Part shown: in pieces, positions 60,786 to 64,000 of the stretch | Position numbering within the stretch: position 1 is the stretch's first letter | Layout of the letters: every line of letters begins with the position of its first letter | NCBI GenBank assembly: GCA_977017575.1 | Contig: CDRNVI010000048.1 | Location: forward strand, 255,757 to 319,756 | From: Paramoeba atlantica | Lineage: Eukaryota > Protista > Discosea | Direction of reading: 5' to 3' | DNA: 64,000 nt | The notes under the pieces: model-generated | Told to the model about the DNA's origin: nothing | The model's input: the letters and a program-made list of their open reading frames with translations, nothing else | Databases searched by the model: none | Translations under genes and position numbers: made by a program

Positions 60786-63663
60786 TTTTTTTTTTTTTTT
60801 TTTTTTTTACTTTACTTCGCCCTTATCAACTTCGCCCGCTTCTCTCCCTTATCTCCACCCCTCAAAGAAACCATCCGCGACTTTCCGACTTCACCCGCTT
60901 CTTTCCCTCACTTCCCCCCCCCCGAGCATCCATCCGCGCCTTCCAAACTTTGCCCTCCTCTTTCCCTCACTTCCCCCCAGAAATCAATCCGCGAGTGCTC
61001 CACCCCTTCTTCCAGCAGTGCGCGCTTCGGACCGGGTCTCTCTACCTCTCCACGGCCTGGCTTGGGAACCCTTCCCTTGTTATGCGGGAGGGCGCAGGCG
61101 CGGGCATGTGCCGACAGCGGCACGGTCACGAAGTTGGGTTTTGATCGCCGGATTCGGATGAATGTTCCGAATCCATACCTGTCTCACATTGGGGTACCTT
61201 GCTCGTGAAAGCGAGGCGTGAGGATAGGCACTGTCGGCTCGATCGGCCTCGGGCCGCTCTGGAGGCTATTCCTCCAGAGTTGCGATGGGGTCTTCGGAAG
61301 GTGAACGAGCAACCATCATGCGCGCTTGAAAGCGCATAAGGGTTATGTTTAGTTCAGCGAAGATTCGGCTCGTTGCCTCACCTTCCGAAAGTAGACCCCC
61401 CGAGGCGTGCGAACACCTCTCACCGACTTTGCGGAGCACGGCTGAAGCGCTGGGGCTCCAGGCGCCATAACTTTCGACAACCATGGCCGTAAAGTCGCAT
61501 CCTGCCTCTACGGCTTCTCGACGCTGCTTGCCCTTCTCCATTGAGGAATAATGTTCGGCAAATGACCCCGCGGCAACCCAGCTAGCGTTTCGGACTTTGT
61601 CCGTATATTTTAATTGCTGAGCATGGGTGACCGCGAAGTCAAGCACAATGGGATTTCCAAGAAAAAGGCTGGGCAAGTATATGTCGCCAGGTCTGGTGAG
61701 GGCCCCGCCTGGGCCCCTGTTCCCGAGACTCTTTTCTCGTTGAGGGGCGAGGCGGGCTCGACTGCACACGTCCGCGAACTGGTCCGTAACAGCGTTGTGC
61801 CTGGTCACAATACCATGGCCATGTTTGCAAGACAGTGCATGGTCCCCTTTGCTGTCAAGGGGGAGCGAGCATTTCGGCATGGGGCACGTGCTATCTTCAT
61901 GGTAGATGTCCACGCCTAACCACCAACGGGCCAAAGTTCGGAATTGTGTGGGGGTAAAGGCGTGCCCAAGGTCTTTCGAAGGAGTCACAAAGGCCCAGCT
62001 GCTCGCTCCCGTGCCACACTGGGAGATCCACCTTGCACGGGTTCGTGCGTCAGTTGTCTCATATTCCTGGGAAAAGGCATGGGCTGCAATAGCATAACTG
62101 ATTACCCGCTGGCGCGGGATCTTCCCTTTGGGCCACTGTGGGGGTAACATGTCCTGGCATTCTTCAGAACCGTAGAGGGGAGTCGAGAGTGGGTAGGCAT
62201 CCGTGGGTGTGTTGGCCGTGCGGGAAGTCGTACGAAGAATATGTCCCGGAGGCTCGTCCGGGGGGTGAGGATCATTCCCTGGCGGAGGGCGCCTTCTCTT
62301 CCGGTAGGAGTACGGCGCGCTCAGGGCCTTCTCGCATGGGGCGTTGGGAGTCGTGAGAACACGACCTCGGGGATCGAGGAGAGCAGTGCCGGCCTTCTGA
62401 TTGATGTCGAGGATGGCCTCCGAGAAACCTTCAGCGTCTGTGGGATCCCAGGAATCTGTGGCAGAGGCAAAGGCGACGGATGCAACGTAAGCCGCGGAAG
62501 CGTGGAGAGCTGCGGATCTCAGACCTAATCCCCCATGACGCTTCAGTCGCTGTGCTTGAGATTGTGCTGACCTGTCCAGAGGACAGATGATTGCCTCTAT
62601 AGCGGTCATGAGAAAGTCGTCTAAACGGGAGCAAAGGTGAATCAGGGACTGTGGGGGCGTGCTTCTCATGGCATACACCATTTGACAGAACCCCGCACAT
62701 TGACGAATTAGGGCAAGCGCGACCTGGGGGTCCTGAATGTTGGTGATGGCATCGAGGGTATCCTCGGCTGGTTCTAGGGCGTGAGAAAGAAGATAAGCAG
62801 AGCAGTGGTCGGCGGATCCTACAGGACTCCCTAGTATGTCAAAGTTCCCCTGCGAATTGATCTTCTCGTCGGGTATGTCTGGGAAGTAATCAGCCTGGTG
62901 GGCCGAGCTGGGGGAAGTAATAATTTCGCATTTCGACGTATTGAGATACAAGCCCCATTGAGGTCCTACTCGGGCGATCGTGTCTAGGGCGTCTCTAACT
63001 TCCTGCGCCTGGCCAACGAGGACGCCATCGTCGAGATACCAGAGTTGGGCGGGAATATCAGTTTGAAGGTTAATGGCTTCTGAGAGCTCCAGGGCCACTA
63101 ACGAGAAGAGCAATGGTCCTAGGGGATCGCCCTGTTGTACTCCTTCCTCGGAGGAGATGAATCGGGCCCCGTAGGTAAGAGAGCTGGGGTCGGAATAGCA
63201 CCAATTGATCCAAGGGAAGAGTTCCGGGAAATATTCCTGTACTAGTGGAAGGAAGGCAGCCCTGCTTACGTTATTGAAAGCGTTACGTAGGTCCACTTTG
63301 CACATGACGAAGTTCGGGTTTTCCATATTGGACGACATGGCCAGGCGACACATGTGAATGACTCTTTCGGCCCCGGCTGTCGCTGCCACTCCGTACTGTT
63401 TGCCTTCAAAGAGCTCGCTCGCTTTGGGTCGGATTGCGTTGCATACGGCTTTGCTCGCTAATCGCCGAAGGGTTTCACCGGCAGCGATCGGACGAACATC
63501 ATTTTCGCCCTTTGATAGGGCGCATAAGCGCGCCCCTGCGAAGTGCGCCTGTACTTCAGAGGGTGCCTTCCCAGCTAGGAGGTGATTTGTTAGCTTTGTG
63601 AGGGATCGGAGAAAGTCATTTCCGTGTACGAGCAGTGCTGCCTGTAGGTGCTCTGGGCGTAAG
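60786..63663 (-). mobile_element. Family G copy 3, 5'-truncated
   Basis: ORF 61266 to ~63663; protein identical to copy 2. Confidence 0.9.
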
Positions 63664-64000
63664 TTCCTCTTTAAGTAGTTCCTCTTTTTTTTTTTTTAGC
63701 AAATCTTTTTGTTTCCACAGATGTACCTTTTGTTTTTTTTCTCTCAGCCCAAAACTAGCAATTTAATCTCCCCTAAGTATATACTACTTCTTTTTACACT
63801 TTTTTACTACTTTTTTTTACTACTTTTTTTTTTTTTTCCTCTTTTTTTGCAATAAATAGGGGGGGAGAAGTATAAAACGCGGCATTGCCTCTATATTTTT
63901 ACTCAGTAGACGAACCAAGTAGGTCCATTGGGGGGGGTATATGATTTGTAAACAAGCAATCAAATTAGCAATTTCACATTTTTTTTTTTTTAAAGTTAGG
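63664..64000 (-). mobile_element. Tail fragment and start of a third family E 3' UTR, running off the window
   Basis: Matches 49140-49470 and 56401-56730. Confidence 0.85.

Larger units (their letters stand above)
46268..64000. repeat. Higher-order tandem repeat, period ~7262 bp (G + tails + E + F + partial G UTR), ~2.4 units
   Basis: G stops at 46742, 54003 and 61266; E inserted-LINE stops at 50578 and 57840. Truncation points and nested insertion are identical. A few SNPs differ (DPIS/DPSS, KGQG/KGPG, KEE/KDE). Confidence 0.93.

Noticed and set aside
1-64000. Numerous short plus-strand and alternative-frame ORFs
   Set aside because: They are antisense or frame shadows of GC-rich element ORFs, recur only with the repeats and lack recognisable motifs.
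1-64000. Canonical telomeric repeats at junctions, as in MoTeR- or TATE-type targeting
   Set aside because: I saw no (TTAGGG)n or (CCCTAA)n tracts; isolated CTAGGG hexamers are parts of hairpins or UTRs.

Overview
Eukaryotic DNA, most likely euglenozoan (kinetoplastid/diplonemid-like), inferred from a spliced-leader-like exon containing ACAGTTTCTGTAC. No host gene is recognisable; the whole window is retroelement sequence. It is a strictly polarised head-to-tail chain of minus-strand, poly(A)-tailed RNA copies: more than 25 poly-T tracts on +, each joined to the 5' end of the module to its left, with no TSD or intervening host DNA at these joints. Most modules are CRE-like single-ORF non-LTR retrotransposons (zinc fingers, RT, CCHC, restriction-like endonuclease). 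I label the families A, B, C, D, E, G, H and a divergent SLACS-like X. Every full-length copy (2 A, 4 B, 2 C) begins with the same trans-spliced SL exon fused to a family-specific 5' UTR, and one copy carries a relict SL cut at the SL's internal CAG. Families A, B, C, G and H share a covarying ~240-nt 3' UTR RNA structure. The chain also holds passengers: a polyadenylated VIPER/TATE-like tyrosine-recombinase element and a ~205-nt defined-end SINE-like RNA. Three TSD-flanked nested insertions of a different integration mode interrupt older elements: a tRNA-derived SINE, a structured (ATC)n-tailed element removable as a GT-AG intron, and a truncated RNase-H LINE. Two DNA-level tandem duplications (4862 bp and ~7262 bp) are superimposed. 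Family labels are mine, all alignments and folds were done by eye, and no database search was run.
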